From positions 67,748 to 131,747 of IMG/VR virus record IMGVR_UViG_3300031994_000032: a stretch of 64,000 nt of DNA; one strand, given 5' to 3'. The notes below the pieces were generated by a model. The model ran no database searches. It was not told the DNA's origin and worked only from the letters and a program-made list of their open reading frames with translations. Position numbers and translations under genes: made by a program. The DNA is from a virus. Lineage: Duplodnaviria; Caudoviricetes. This document shows, in pieces, positions 9,545-19,056 of the stretch (within the stretch, counting starts at the first letter, position 1; each line of letters opens with the position of its first letter).

Positions 9545-11224
9545 TTATATCAATTGGATTGAATCACTTACTGCGATGTGGAAACGCAAGTATTGCATTT
9601 CAGGATGTTGACCTGCAGCAACTAATGCGAAACGTGATTTCATCGCACCTGCATAAGCGAATGTTGCAGTTGCAGTCGTAGTTACTTTCTTAGCCATGAT
9701 GTATGGTAAGAAAATCAAACCTGGATCTTTTGGTTTAGTTTTACGACCTACAATTACACCAGTGTAATCGATTGGCAAGTTAGGATCTTGATAAACCATG
9801 ATGTTACTTACCTTACCAATAGGATTTGGTGCATCAGCAACTGATTGAACATTGTTAGGCAAGTTCACTTGAGCTAAACCTGCGATTGATTGAACAGCAG
9901 TTACGAATTGAGTAGAACCAATTGCGAAGAATTCACCACCAGTCAAACGAGAATCGTGAGAAATTATATTAGCAGCATAAAGCATTTTTCTCAATAATCT
10001 AGCTTGAAGAGTCAATGAAGTTTCACCACCATTGTCTACAATTACCTTGCTGTAATCAGCATAAGCTTCAGGAACTTCAGTGTCATTAGCTGACATAAAG
10101 TAAGTGTTAAGTACTTCACCTTTAGCTTCAAGAATATCAGTATGTTTCTTAGCCAATTCCCACATTTTAGAAAGAATCAACTTGTTAACTGATTGTGAAA
10201 GTTCATTCAAAGCGTCAGCTTCGATTTGAGCTATAATATCTTGACCATCAGCTTGAGCATCTTCGATTTGTTCCCATGTTGCAGAGAAACCAACTTGGTA
10301 AGTTTTTACCTTGATGTCCATTGAAGTACGTTTAGCACCTAAGAAGTTAACTGTAGTTGCTTCACCTTCTTCACGTTCGAATGGTTCAATACCGAAATTA
10401 CCATCGTAAGGATTCTTACCAGTTTCTTTCGTTACTGAATTTTCGTAGAAATCACGACCAGAGAATGCAGTAATGTGGTTCTCTTTAGTATTTACTAGAT
10501 CAAGTTGCAAATCATCTTTGAATGTTTCATACAAAGTTGGTGCACCGTTGAATCTACGTGCATTGAATTCACCTGGTTTAGCATCAGTACGTTCTACCAA
10601 GAAGATAGGTTTACCAGAAATAAAACCAAGTTCAATGAAAGTCAATTTAAAGTCACCTCTTGTAATTACATTACCTTCAACTTCAGATTCAGAAGTTTCA
10701 TTAACAACTGCTTCCAAAAGTGCTTTACCATTTTCACTAATTGCTGTAGCTTCAACCAATAGAGGGTCAGCAACTGCATTAGTAAATTTTGGAGTACCGT
10801 CAGCTGTACGTAAGTCACCATTGATACGACCGCCTTCATAAACAGTATCATAGAAACGATATTGTCCTTGTGGACCAGCAATAGGAACTACAGCTAACAA
10901 GTCAAGAGCGATTGTTTGAGCAGCTGTTTGCATTGCAATCGCAACAGAAGAAGCAACTGCGTCTGCAGAACCATTTCTTACACCTGAGAAACCATTATCA
11001 CCATCGCTTGGGAATTGAATTGCACCTGCACCTTGCATTGTCATTGAAGGATTAAGTGATGGACCCCAGAATGCTGATTCTAATACTGGTCTAATTTTGT
11101 CTTCGTTGTCTTGGATAGCACAAAGCTTAGACATCCAAGCAACTTTCTGAGAATCTTTAATACCTGTAGATTCTTCAATAAGTTTACCCCATGTTTGGAG
11201 TGCTTTTACGTCATTTATTTCCAT
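9545..11224 (-). CDS. major capsid protein (T4 gp23-like)
   Basis: LAVVPIAGPQG, 'EQIEDAQA.G.D...ALNELSQSVNK', 'GLIFLPY', 'KSRFAL'; strong codon bias; late promoters and terminator. Confidence 0.92.
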   Translation of the reverse strand: MEINDVKALQTWGKLIEESTGIKDSQKVAWMSKLCAIQDNEDKIRPVLESAFWGPSLNPSMTMQGAGAIQFPSDGDNGFSGVRNGSADAVASSVAIAMQTAAQTIALDLLAVVPIAGPQGQYRFYDTVYEGGRINGDLRTADGTPKFTNAVADPLLVEATAISENGKALLEAVVNETSESEVEGNVITRGDFKLTFIELGFISGKPIFLVERTDAKPGEFNARRFNGAPTLYETFKDDLQLDLVNTKENHITAFSGRDFYENSVTKETGKNPYDGNFGIEPFEREEGEATTVNFLGAKRTSMDIKVKTYQVGFSATWEQIEDAQADGQDIIAQIEADALNELSQSVNKLILSKMWELAKKHTDILEAKGEVLNTYFMSANDTEVPEAYADYSKVIVDNGGETSLTLQARLLRKMLYAANIISHDSRLTGGEFFAIGSTQFVTAVQSIAGLAQVNLPNNVQSVADAPNPIGKVSNIMVYQDPNLPIDYTGVIVGRKTKPKDPGLIFLPYIMAKKVTTTATATFAYAGAMKSRFALVAAGQHPEMQYLRFHIAVSDSIQLI

Positions 11225-11245
11225 TTTTAAAAATTTTAAAATTGA

Positions 11246-11306
11246 TATTTATATTAACTCTGTACTATAAGTTCTTTTCTTTCCTATAATGTACATATTA
11301 TTTATA
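11246..11306 (-). promoter_or_regulatory. two T4-type late promoters TATAAATA upstream of the capsid gene
   Basis: tatttata at 11246-11253 and 11299-11306. Confidence 0.65.
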
Positions 11307-11321
11307 TTTTTTAAATTTTGA

Positions 11322-13106
11322 TTAAAATCCGTATTTCATACGTCTCATAATTTCGTTCTTGATATTATCTTGAACGTCATCAGTACGTATGTTTTTGTTG
11401 CTTGACTTCAAAGATTCTTCAATGAATTTTTTAGTGTCAATCGGTTTTTCTCTAAAATCACGAGTCATCCAGAATCTTTCAGCAGTAGCAACATCTTTAA
11501 TCAAGAATAATCTGCTTTCTTTAAGAATTTCTTTCTTTCTTTCATCTGAAAGTTTTTCCCAAGATTCTTTATATCTGTCAGGCATAAAGTTAACTAGATA
11601 TTGTTCAGATTTAATCTTGTTATTTTCTGTTTCTTCAATTTGACGCTGTTCATTAATTTGTTGCTGTGTTTCAGTAACATTTTTAATATTTTGAATAGCT
11701 TCAAATATTTGTTTCATTTCAGCATCTTTTTCAGTCTTGGAAACACCTTCGTTAATTGAACGAACTTGTGATTCCAATTCTTTTATTCTGCTTTCATAAA
11801 CTTCGCAAGTTCTGTCAAGAGCTTCAGTTTGTTTATTCATTGATTCAATGATTGTTTTACTGTAAGCATCCAACTGATCTTTAGTCACGGTATTTTCTGA
11901 AATCATTTTGCTGTAAGCATCGAGTTGGTCTTTAGTTACTGCATTTTCTGAAATCATTTTGCTGTAAGCATCGAGTTGGTCTTTAGTCACAGCATTTTCT
12001 GAAATCATTTTACTGTATGCATCCAACTGATCTTTAGTTACGGCATTTTCTGAAATCATTTTGCTGTAAGCCTCTAATTGACCTTTAGTCACAGCATTTT
12101 CTGAAATCATTTTACTGTAAGCTTCCATTTGTTCTTTAGTAACAAAACCCTCATTATACTTTTTCAAATAACGAGTATAATCGTCAATTTGTCTACGTAA
12201 CAATTCTACTGATCTTGATTCTTCTTCAATGGAAAGCTCAGTTTCTTCTTTAGGTTCACCTTCACAGTCATTAACAAGACAATATCTTACAAAATCTGAT
12301 AGTTTTTCTTTATCATCTGATGAAATTTTCATGACTGCTATTGTTTCATCATCATTAGTATACTCTACTAATTCAGCTTGACAACCAAATTTATCAGCTA
12401 AATCCAAGGCTTTAGCTTTTGCTGTAATTTCTATAGTATTCATATCGTATGAAGTTTCTTTATTTATATTTTTATTATCTGGAATTTCATTTTCATTTAC
12501 TGAATATACTTTTGTATTTTTACTACTTAATGACTCACAAAATACACCTGGTTTTTGTTTTGATGTCATATAATGCAAAGCATTTTTCAATTTAGGATTA
12601 TCATCTCTTGACTCATTTACAGTATGTAAAATTGCTTGTTCAAAACCAGGTTCAGCAACTAAGTCATATGTTATTAACTCTTCAACAATAACATGATTAC
12701 CTTTCATAGAACCAATAGCTCTTGAGGATATATGTAAAGGAACACCATTTTCAACAAGTGTTCTTGCTATACGTCCACTTGGTGTATTCAAAAGACGAAT
12801 TCGTCCTGTAACAGTATCTGTCTTTTCATCATACTTCAAAGATTCAACCATATGAGAAACATTCTTATAAGATACATATCTTACATTATCAGGATGTTCA
12901 AGCTCACCAAGTAATTCTTTTGATTCTATTTTTGGTTGAAGCTTATTCATCTTTTCTATGAAGTTTTTGCTATCATAGATACGATTGTTTTTATTCGTTA
13001 TACCAAACTTAGTAAAAACACCTTCTAGAAAAATCACATCTTGATTTTTATCTATCTTACAAGCATTTTCGCTTAAACTTTCAACTAAATACTTACTTTT
13101 TTCCAT
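11322..13106 (-). CDS. prohead protease (gp21-like) fused to a scaffold/core-like coiled-coil region
   Basis: LEGVF, NKNNRIY, LGELEHP, VSH, LLNTPSG, ISSRAIGS, YDLVAEPGF; long helical C-terminal extension. Confidence 0.9.
   Translation of the reverse strand: MEKSKYLVESLSENACKIDKNQDVIFLEGVFTKFGITNKNNRIYDSKNFIEKMNKLQPKIESKELLGELEHPDNVRYVSYKNVSHMVESLKYDEKTDTVTGRIRLLNTPSGRIARTLVENGVPLHISSRAIGSMKGNHVIVEELITYDLVAEPGFEQAILHTVNESRDDNPKLKNALHYMTSKQKPGVFCESLSSKNTKVYSVNENEIPDNKNINKETSYDMNTIEITAKAKALDLADKFGCQAELVEYTNDDETIAVMKISSDDKEKLSDFVRYCLVNDCEGEPKEETELSIEEESRSVELLRRQIDDYTRYLKKYNEGFVTKEQMEAYSKMISENAVTKGQLEAYSKMISENAVTKDQLDAYSKMISENAVTKDQLDAYSKMISENAVTKDQLDAYSKMISENTVTKDQLDAYSKTIIESMNKQTEALDRTCEVYESRIKELESQVRSINEGVSKTEKDAEMKQIFEAIQNIKNVTETQQQINEQRQIEETENNKIKSEQYLVNFMPDRYKESWEKLSDERKKEILKESRLFLIKDVATAERFWMTRDFREKPIDTKKFIEESLKSSNKNIRTDDVQDNIKNEIMRRMKYGF
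11841..12143 (-). repeat. 6 x 51-nt (17-aa) tandem coding repeat VTKDQLDAYSKMISENA
   Basis: Visible in DNA and protein, with synonymous variation between copies. Confidence 0.95.
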
Positions 13107-13117
13107 TTTAAATAATT

Positions 13118-13486
13118 TTAAGCATAGTACGTAATTGACGTACTTTCATTTTTATTATTTATATCTATTTGAATTTGCATACATACATCATGTTCCCACG
13201 TTAAAAACTTGGTATTTACTTTATATGTTACATTTTCAGTTGAATACACATATTTATCTATTTCATTCTTGATTTCAGAAGAGATTACCTCTTCAGAGAA
13301 CGTAGTCTTGAAGAGGTAATTTTCTAAATTGCATCCAAAATCACTTTGAAGTAAAACATCTTCTTTATCTGTTAGGAATAACATATTTAGCTGTTGTATA
13401 ACTTCAGCTATTTCTGTATTTACCTCAATCAGATTACTCTCTGTTGAGACATAATTAGAAGGTAATATGTTAAAATCCCTAAGCAT
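13118..13486 (-). CDS. baseplate wedge protein (gp25-like)
   Basis: 'LFLTDKEDVLLQSDFGCNLENYLF' matches the gp25/GPW pattern; 122 aa. Confidence 0.8.
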   Translation of the reverse strand: MLRDFNILPSNYVSTESNLIEVNTEIAEVIQQLNMLFLTDKEDVLLQSDFGCNLENYLFKTTFSEEVISSEIKNEIDKYVYSTENVTYKVNTKFLTWEHDVCMQIQIDINNKNESTSITYYA

Positions 13487-16074
13487 TATTCACCAGATGA
13501 CAAAGAAGAAATTACACCTGTACGATATACTGTCACTCTATTGTTAATCTTTTCAAGACCTTTAACCAATTCAAGACCAACATCAATTACACCAGTATTC
13601 GCATCAATTAACTCATCAGTATTATTTGATTTGTTCATTACAGTTTTATAATCGTAAATACCTCCAGCTTTCTTAACATTTTCAAGGAACGCATCTACAA
13701 GACTTTTTATTTCAGTTCTTGTATTTTCATCGTTATGATATGTTCCGAAAACATATCTCTGTAAAATACCTTCAATTGTATAAACGATATAAATTAAAGT
13801 ATCAGTACAATGGCAAGAGCTTAATGATGATTTAGGAGTTTGTTTTGCAGTAACATTACCGTAAATCATTGCATTATACTTGTCAGTATGAATAATACTG
13901 TTGAATCCGAATGGTTCTAACCAGTCTCTGTTATCTTCCGTAATAGTTGATTCAGTACCAGTTATGCCATCACCAAGAACACCTAAATCTGCACCTGCTA
14001 CAATATACCATGGAAAATCACCTTTAGCATAGTACAAGTTAGATACTGCAGCGGCAGGTGGAACTGTTTTTTCTATACCATTATCCATAATTGTAACATA
14101 TGGATAAAAATATGCTGAAAAACTTGCACCTTGTTCTTCAGTAGGCAATGAATATCTGAAATTAGCAGCCAATTGTGGATTACCGCCCTTACTGATATAT
14201 TCAGATGAAATTGCGCCATTGCTTGTTCTGAATACAGGATTTGGATAATTCATAGATTTGAATTCCTTAATAGAAGGACCATTCAAAATACCGAATGATA
14301 TTCTTTTTTGACAAATCTTAGTAAATATGCTCTTTGATTCTGGTTCAATACCATTACCAAATGTATCAACTAAATATCTGAACTGAATAATATTCTTATC
14401 GGTAAGAGCTTTGTACAAATTAGTAGTTGTTGAATCTGGACTAAGAACTTCTAAGATATTATTCTGTTGTTCATTCAAGCTTTTATTACCATCAATACCC
14501 TTACCTGGAATATGAGAAGCATTCAAAGAGAAACCATGCAAACATTTCCATTGTAATGTGTCACATAATTCATCAATTGTCTTAACTTTCAAAATACAAC
14601 TATAAGATTCTTCTTTATCTTCAGCTATCAATAATTGATCATAACAAATTATTTTCTTATATGATATTGTGCCTTCAGAACTTTCATGTTCAGGATTAGC
14701 AGTTATAATATTAACTGAATAAACTCTCGTCAATCTGTTAACACCATCTTTACTACCAACTTTTGACACAAAATAATCACCAACTTTTACATCAGTATCT
14801 TTATCAACAAGAATTTCATTTGGATTCAAAGAAATATTGCTAAAGCTGAATGCCTCAATAGGTTCGAACATTTTACTTTCATTCAAACCATTAACATCAT
14901 ATGACAAGAAGCTGAAAGAATCCATTTGTTCAGATTCTTCTTCATTGTCAACATACTTAGCAAGATTATGTCCAATCAAGTCGATATTTTCAATTATAGT
15001 ACCGTCTTCAGTAACATTAACATCTTCTATCAATTCTGTATTTTCATAACAAATGACACCTGTATAATTTGTATCATCATTAATCAATTTTTGAATCCAG
15101 ATATTAACACCTAATTTATTGATAAAGTTAGGAATCAAAGAACCTGTATAAGATGCGAGAACACTTACTGAATTAAGGTTCAAGAATTTTGTCAAGTTTG
15201 TATCTGTAGTATCACCCGGATTTACTTTACGTTTGAAACCATCTTCTGTAAAGTAATTTTGATATGTTATATCAGATGTAAATCTGTAATAAGGATTTTC
15301 TTTATCCTCATTTACAACTGTATAATATTTTTCACCATTATCACCTGTAATTGTACTAATTTGTTTACTTTGATTGTATGCTTTACCAAAGTCACCTGCT
15401 ACGATGTAAACATCTACAAGATAATCTGAAATAATTGATGTAGGATTCAAGAATGATGGAATTTCATCTGAACCATACCAATCTTTAACAGTCATATTAT
15501 AGCCTTGTCTGTTATATTCAGATGCTCTCTTTACTAAAATACTTACAGGTTTTTTATTAATGTTAACCATATTCAATATTTGTTTATCAATATGGTTTTC
15601 ATGCATTATTCCATTATCAGGTAAAAATCTTGATAACGAATAACCATATGTTTCAGAATCAGGAATCCAGAATATAGATGTATCATATGTACCAACTAAT
15701 GGAATTGTACAAATAGTACTGTTGTTAACTTCTGGAGAAACACTGAGTCCAGTTGTTTGTACTTGATCCTCAACTTCATTCACTTTCAAAAGGTTCATAA
15801 CCAAAATAGAACTTTTATTAAGAGCCATTTTAGCCATTCTATGAAAGTAACTTCCTGATTTTTCAAGGCTTCTATCAATATCACCAAATAACTTTACAAA
15901 GTCTGTATAATTATTGACTAATACTGGACGATTAACTGGTCCTTGCTTAGAAAAACCAATCAATAGTCTTTGTCTTGTAGGTTCAACAGTATTATCAACA
16001 GCTGACTGACTCTTATCTATGATAAGTGTATAAACACCAGCTGAATTATGTTTTAAAGATGAATCTATAGCCAT
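13486..16074 (-). CDS. contractile tail sheath (gp18-like)
   Basis: SAGVY, GFSKQGP, F..LFG, YFYPY, VPPAAAVS, PWYIVAG, KTVMNKSNNT. Confidence 0.92.
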   Translation of the reverse strand: MAIDSSLKHNSAGVYTLIIDKSQSAVDNTVEPTRQRLLIGFSKQGPVNRPVLVNNYTDFVKLFGDIDRSLEKSGSYFHRMAKMALNKSSILVMNLLKVNEVEDQVQTTGLSVSPEVNNSTICTIPLVGTYDTSIFWIPDSETYGYSLSRFLPDNGIMHENHIDKQILNMVNINKKPVSILVKRASEYNRQGYNMTVKDWYGSDEIPSFLNPTSIISDYLVDVYIVAGDFGKAYNQSKQISTITGDNGEKYYTVVNEDKENPYYRFTSDITYQNYFTEDGFKRKVNPGDTTDTNLTKFLNLNSVSVLASYTGSLIPNFINKLGVNIWIQKLINDDTNYTGVICYENTELIEDVNVTEDGTIIENIDLIGHNLAKYVDNEEESEQMDSFSFLSYDVNGLNESKMFEPIEAFSFSNISLNPNEILVDKDTDVKVGDYFVSKVGSKDGVNRLTRVYSVNIITANPEHESSEGTISYKKIICYDQLLIAEDKEESYSCILKVKTIDELCDTLQWKCLHGFSLNASHIPGKGIDGNKSLNEQQNNILEVLSPDSTTTNLYKALTDKNIIQFRYLVDTFGNGIEPESKSIFTKICQKRISFGILNGPSIKEFKSMNYPNPVFRTSNGAISSEYISKGGNPQLAANFRYSLPTEEQGASFSAYFYPYVTIMDNGIEKTVPPAAAVSNLYYAKGDFPWYIVAGADLGVLGDGITGTESTITEDNRDWLEPFGFNSIIHTDKYNAMIYGNVTAKQTPKSSLSSCHCTDTLIYIVYTIEGILQRYVFGTYHNDENTRTEIKSLVDAFLENVKKAGGIYDYKTVMNKSNNTDELIDANTGVIDVGLELVKGLEKINNRVTVYRTGVISSLSSGE

Positions 16075-16116
16075 TTTATAAAAATTTTAATATTCGTTAA
16101 ATTATTTTACATTTTA

Positions 16117-16683
16117 TTAAAAGTCAATACCCTTCGTTTCAATTGTATTCAAATCACATTGTAACTTGAATTGCAAATCAGCAGCAGAGTTATTAGGCTT
16201 AGTATCAAAATCACCCATACCAGTAGGTTGGCCTGTTGGGAAACAAATCTCGCAAAAGATATTTCTCCAAATTGAACCATCTCTATCATATTGTTGTACT
16301 ATCAACGACCCACAATAATCAATTTTTAAAGACGTTTGTGCTGTTCTTTCATCATATATCATACGATACCATTCAAGGATTGTATTATATATGTAGTTTT
16401 CATGTTGACGGTTCAAGTTTTGAGTCATATCAATAGTAAGTTCTACAGATGTTTCTGTTGGAAGACCAGCATAAGAACGAGTTGATTGATAAAACTGTTG
16501 TTTAATAACAGGTGACGTAGGATATAAATTATCTAGACCTGAAATCTTTGAAATATGCTCAATAAACAAATTATTTTGACCTAATTGAGAAGGCAAAATT
16601 ATTGTTGCATCAGAATATGACGTTACGACTGGTTCGTATTTTTCCCTTGACGCCGTAGAATTTCTAAAATGATGAAGTCCCAT
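16117..16683 (-). CDS. tail tube protein (gp19-like)
   Basis: 188 aa next to the sheath; 'EWYRMIYD..T...KIDY.G...QQYDRDG...FPT'. Confidence 0.8.
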   Translation of the reverse strand: MGLHHFRNSTASREKYEPVVTSYSDATIILPSQLGQNNLFIEHISKISGLDNLYPTSPVIKQQFYQSTRSYAGLPTETSVELTIDMTQNLNRQHENYIYNTILEWYRMIYDERTAQTSLKIDYCGSLIVQQYDRDGSIWRNIFCEICFPTGQPTGMGDFDTKPNNSAADLQFKLQCDLNTIETKGIDF

Positions 16684-16706
16684 AACTTTTAAACTTTATT
16701 TTTTAT

Positions 16707-16714
16707 TATTTATA
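16707..16714 (-). promoter_or_regulatory. late promoter TATAAATA
   Basis: Exact box upstream of the tail tube gene. Confidence 0.6.
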
Positions 16715-16724
16715 TTTTTATAAT

Positions 16725-17588
16725 TTATAAAGCTATCCAATATGTATTTGAATGGTCAGCTTTTATTTCTTGTTCTATTGCCTGTATTTCTGATTGTCCT
16801 TCATTTGCTATCGCATCTACATTTATTGTTGTATCACCAATAAGTTTTCCACCAAACATAGAAATAACTCGTCTTAATTGTTTCTTGCATTCAGCTACAA
16901 TATATCTTTTGAAATACGGATCACTAAATAATGCACAGTCTTCAACAGCAGTACAGACATCAAGTACAATATCAGTTCTTGGCAATTCACCTGTAAAGGT
17001 AAGTCTGTTTGTAAGCCTGTTATAATTATAACCTATTGGATGTTGAAAAAGTCTTTGCATTTGATCAAAGAAACTTGATTCTATTACCCAATATTCAAGA
17101 CCTGTTGCAGCAAGAGCAGTTCGGCCATAACTGTAAAAATCACCATTAAAAGCCCACCAGTCATTTTGGTTTCTATACCACCTGCTTCCACCGCTTTCAC
17201 CATTATAATTTCCAAGTTCATAAATTCCACAAACCGAAATTACATTTGTAGGCAATATCAATCGACCTCTTGTAGCTGTACTATCCGTATTTTCATCAAC
17301 TGATTTTTTAAATAGCTGGTTATGCAAGACATTTGCTCGAATTGCGAAATACTGTCTTTCAACAGCATCTTCATATATTCTATAAAATAATTCTTTTGTA
17401 TCTTTAATAACGTGTACTATAGCTCTTTCAGGTATGGTAAACGGTATCATACAAGCTACAGACATTTCTTCTTGAATATCTTTTATAAAGGCATTAAGAC
17501 AAGCTATATTGTCATCTGTGGCATTACAGTTGACAGTACTCATTTTATCTGTGCTCTTATCTTCAAAAAAATCAGTATAGCTTGCCAT
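16725..17588 (-). CDS. neck protein (gp13-like)
   Basis: YNYNRLTNRL, 'YFKRYIVAECKKQL...KLIGDTTIN...EGQSEI'. Confidence 0.8.
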   Translation of the reverse strand: MASYTDFFEDKSTDKMSTVNCNATDDNIACLNAFIKDIQEEMSVACMIPFTIPERAIVHVIKDTKELFYRIYEDAVERQYFAIRANVLHNQLFKKSVDENTDSTATRGRLILPTNVISVCGIYELGNYNGESGGSRWYRNQNDWWAFNGDFYSYGRTALAATGLEYWVIESSFFDQMQRLFQHPIGYNYNRLTNRLTFTGELPRTDIVLDVCTAVEDCALFSDPYFKRYIVAECKKQLRRVISMFGGKLIGDTTINVDAIANEGQSEIQAIEQEIKADHSNTYWIAL

Positions 17589-17600
17589 GTTAACATAATT

Positions 17601-18038
17601 TTAATCATTTTCTTCCGGTAACTGAATTCCCATTAACAAATTCTTATACCCTCTTTCATCTAAAAATACCTCTAAATAATCTTCAGAAGTTTCCAACTGA
17701 ATTATTATTGCATAGTCATTATTATCAAACTGTACATGCAATGTTGGTTTCAGTTTAAATGTATAGTTAGTTGTATCACCAGATTTATTGATAACCATAA
17801 TAACATTATTACTGCTATCAATTTCTGTTTTTATAGTATCCTTTTTATCAAAGTCAAATTCTTTCAAAATTTTCCATTCTCTATTGAACTGTAAAATTTT
17901 ATGAATAATGTATATATTATTATTGTCTTTGACAAAGCAATCCTTAACATCTAAAAGACTAACTTCGGTGTAGTCTTTTATATCTGACATAGCCGCTTCT
18001 ACTATATATTCCTTAAATGTCAAAAACTTATTTTTCAT
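17601..18038 (-). CDS. hypothetical protein with N-terminal CTS-like tag
   Basis: Likely start ATG 18038: MKNKFLTFKEYIVEA. Confidence 0.65.
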   Translation of the reverse strand: MKNKFLTFKEYIVEAAMSDIKDYTEVSLLDVKDCFVKDNNNIYIIHKILQFNREWKILKEFDFDKKDTIKTEIDSSNNVIMVINKSGDTTNYTFKLKPTLHVQFDNNDYAIIIQLETSEDYLEVFLDERGYKNLLMGIQLPEEND

Positions 18039-18045
18039 AATAAAA

Positions 18046-18648
18046 TTATTTTTTAATCTCAACAATCTTTGAATCTGTTAAGCTTATGTATGGATTCTTT
18101 TCATTAATATTTATTTGTGTCAAAATATGCTTCTTTTGAAATAAGCATAAAGGCCAAATCTTTTTAGGCTTTATAGTTTCTTTATGATTGTAATATGTGA
18201 TATATAAATCACTTTTTACATTTATGTCAGATGTTAAAAGAGAATCTTCAAAATCAAGACAAATTTCATACCAAGCATAATCTCCATAACAAGTATCAGT
18301 TAAAGTATTCATATATACCGTATCAGTTTTATTAAACTGATTTTCTATATACTCAACTTTTGTTATTTCTTTTATTTTTATTTTTTCTGTCTTTGAAATA
18401 GATTTTATAGAATCATAAAGTTCTTTCTCATATTTCTTTAATTCAGAAATTGTATAACTGAGACTGATTAAATTATTCTTGTCTGAATCAACTTGTGAAT
18501 ACAAAGCCTTCTGATTACTTATAAGTTCATTAATTTGACGATTCTGATTTATGATTTTACCTATAAAGACAAATAATACACAAATCAGAATTACTACGGC
18601 TATTGATAATATTGCATTAAATTTTTCTCTCATTTTACTGTAATCCAA
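18046..18648 (-). CDS. N-terminal TM + coiled-coil protein, spanin-like lysis accessory
   Basis: Hydrophobic AILSIAVVILICVLFVFIG then coiled coil; overlaps the putative endolysin gene. Confidence 0.55.
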   Translation of the reverse strand: MDYSKMREKFNAILSIAVVILICVLFVFIGKIINQNRQINELISNQKALYSQVDSDKNNLISLSYTISELKKYEKELYDSIKSISKTEKIKIKEITKVEYIENQFNKTDTVYMNTLTDTCYGDYAWYEICLDFEDSLLTSDINVKSDLYITYYNHKETIKPKKIWPLCLFQKKHILTQININEKNPYISLTDSKIVEIKK

Positions 18649-19055
18649 ATTCTTTCATCCTCTTTTACTTTCTTCAATTCAGCTATAAGTTTCTTTTCCC
18701 AATAAGCACTATTGATTAAACCGCCTACAACTTTATTCTCACCCACAAGCGGACATCCATTTGTATCTTTTACTGTATTTCCTCTGTGCATTCTGACACC
18801 AGAAAATGAATTAACATTTATAATCTCAGGTAGTATTCGTTTGAACTTAGATGAATATGACAAAATAACAAGATACCTTCCATTAGGTATAGCAGTCTCG
18901 CCATAAATTTTCTTTTCACCATTATCGAATTTACCATTCTTATTCAAGTCTCTGTCAGGATCTTCAAGAGTTGAACAAAAATAAGAACCATTAATATACA
19001 AATTTCCAATAGTATATTTTTCCTTTCTATATTTTCTGTCAAGTAAAAGTTCCAT
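18630..19055 (-). CDS. DUF5675-family putative endolysin (L,D-transpeptidase-like)
   Basis: YTIG.LYING, TLED, KIYGETAIP.GRY, FSGVRMHRGN...GCPLVG. Confidence 0.8.
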   Translation of the reverse strand: MELLLDRKYRKEKYTIGNLYINGSYFCSTLEDPDRDLNKNGKFDNGEKKIYGETAIPNGRYLVILSYSSKFKRILPEIINVNSFSGVRMHRGNTVKDTNGCPLVGENKVVGGLINSAYWEKKLIAELKKVKEDERIWITVK

Positions 19056-19056
19056 T

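Noticed and set aside
11841-12143. Possible CRISPR array
   Set aside because: Repeats are contiguous, in frame, spacer-free and vary at synonymous sites, so this is a coding repeat
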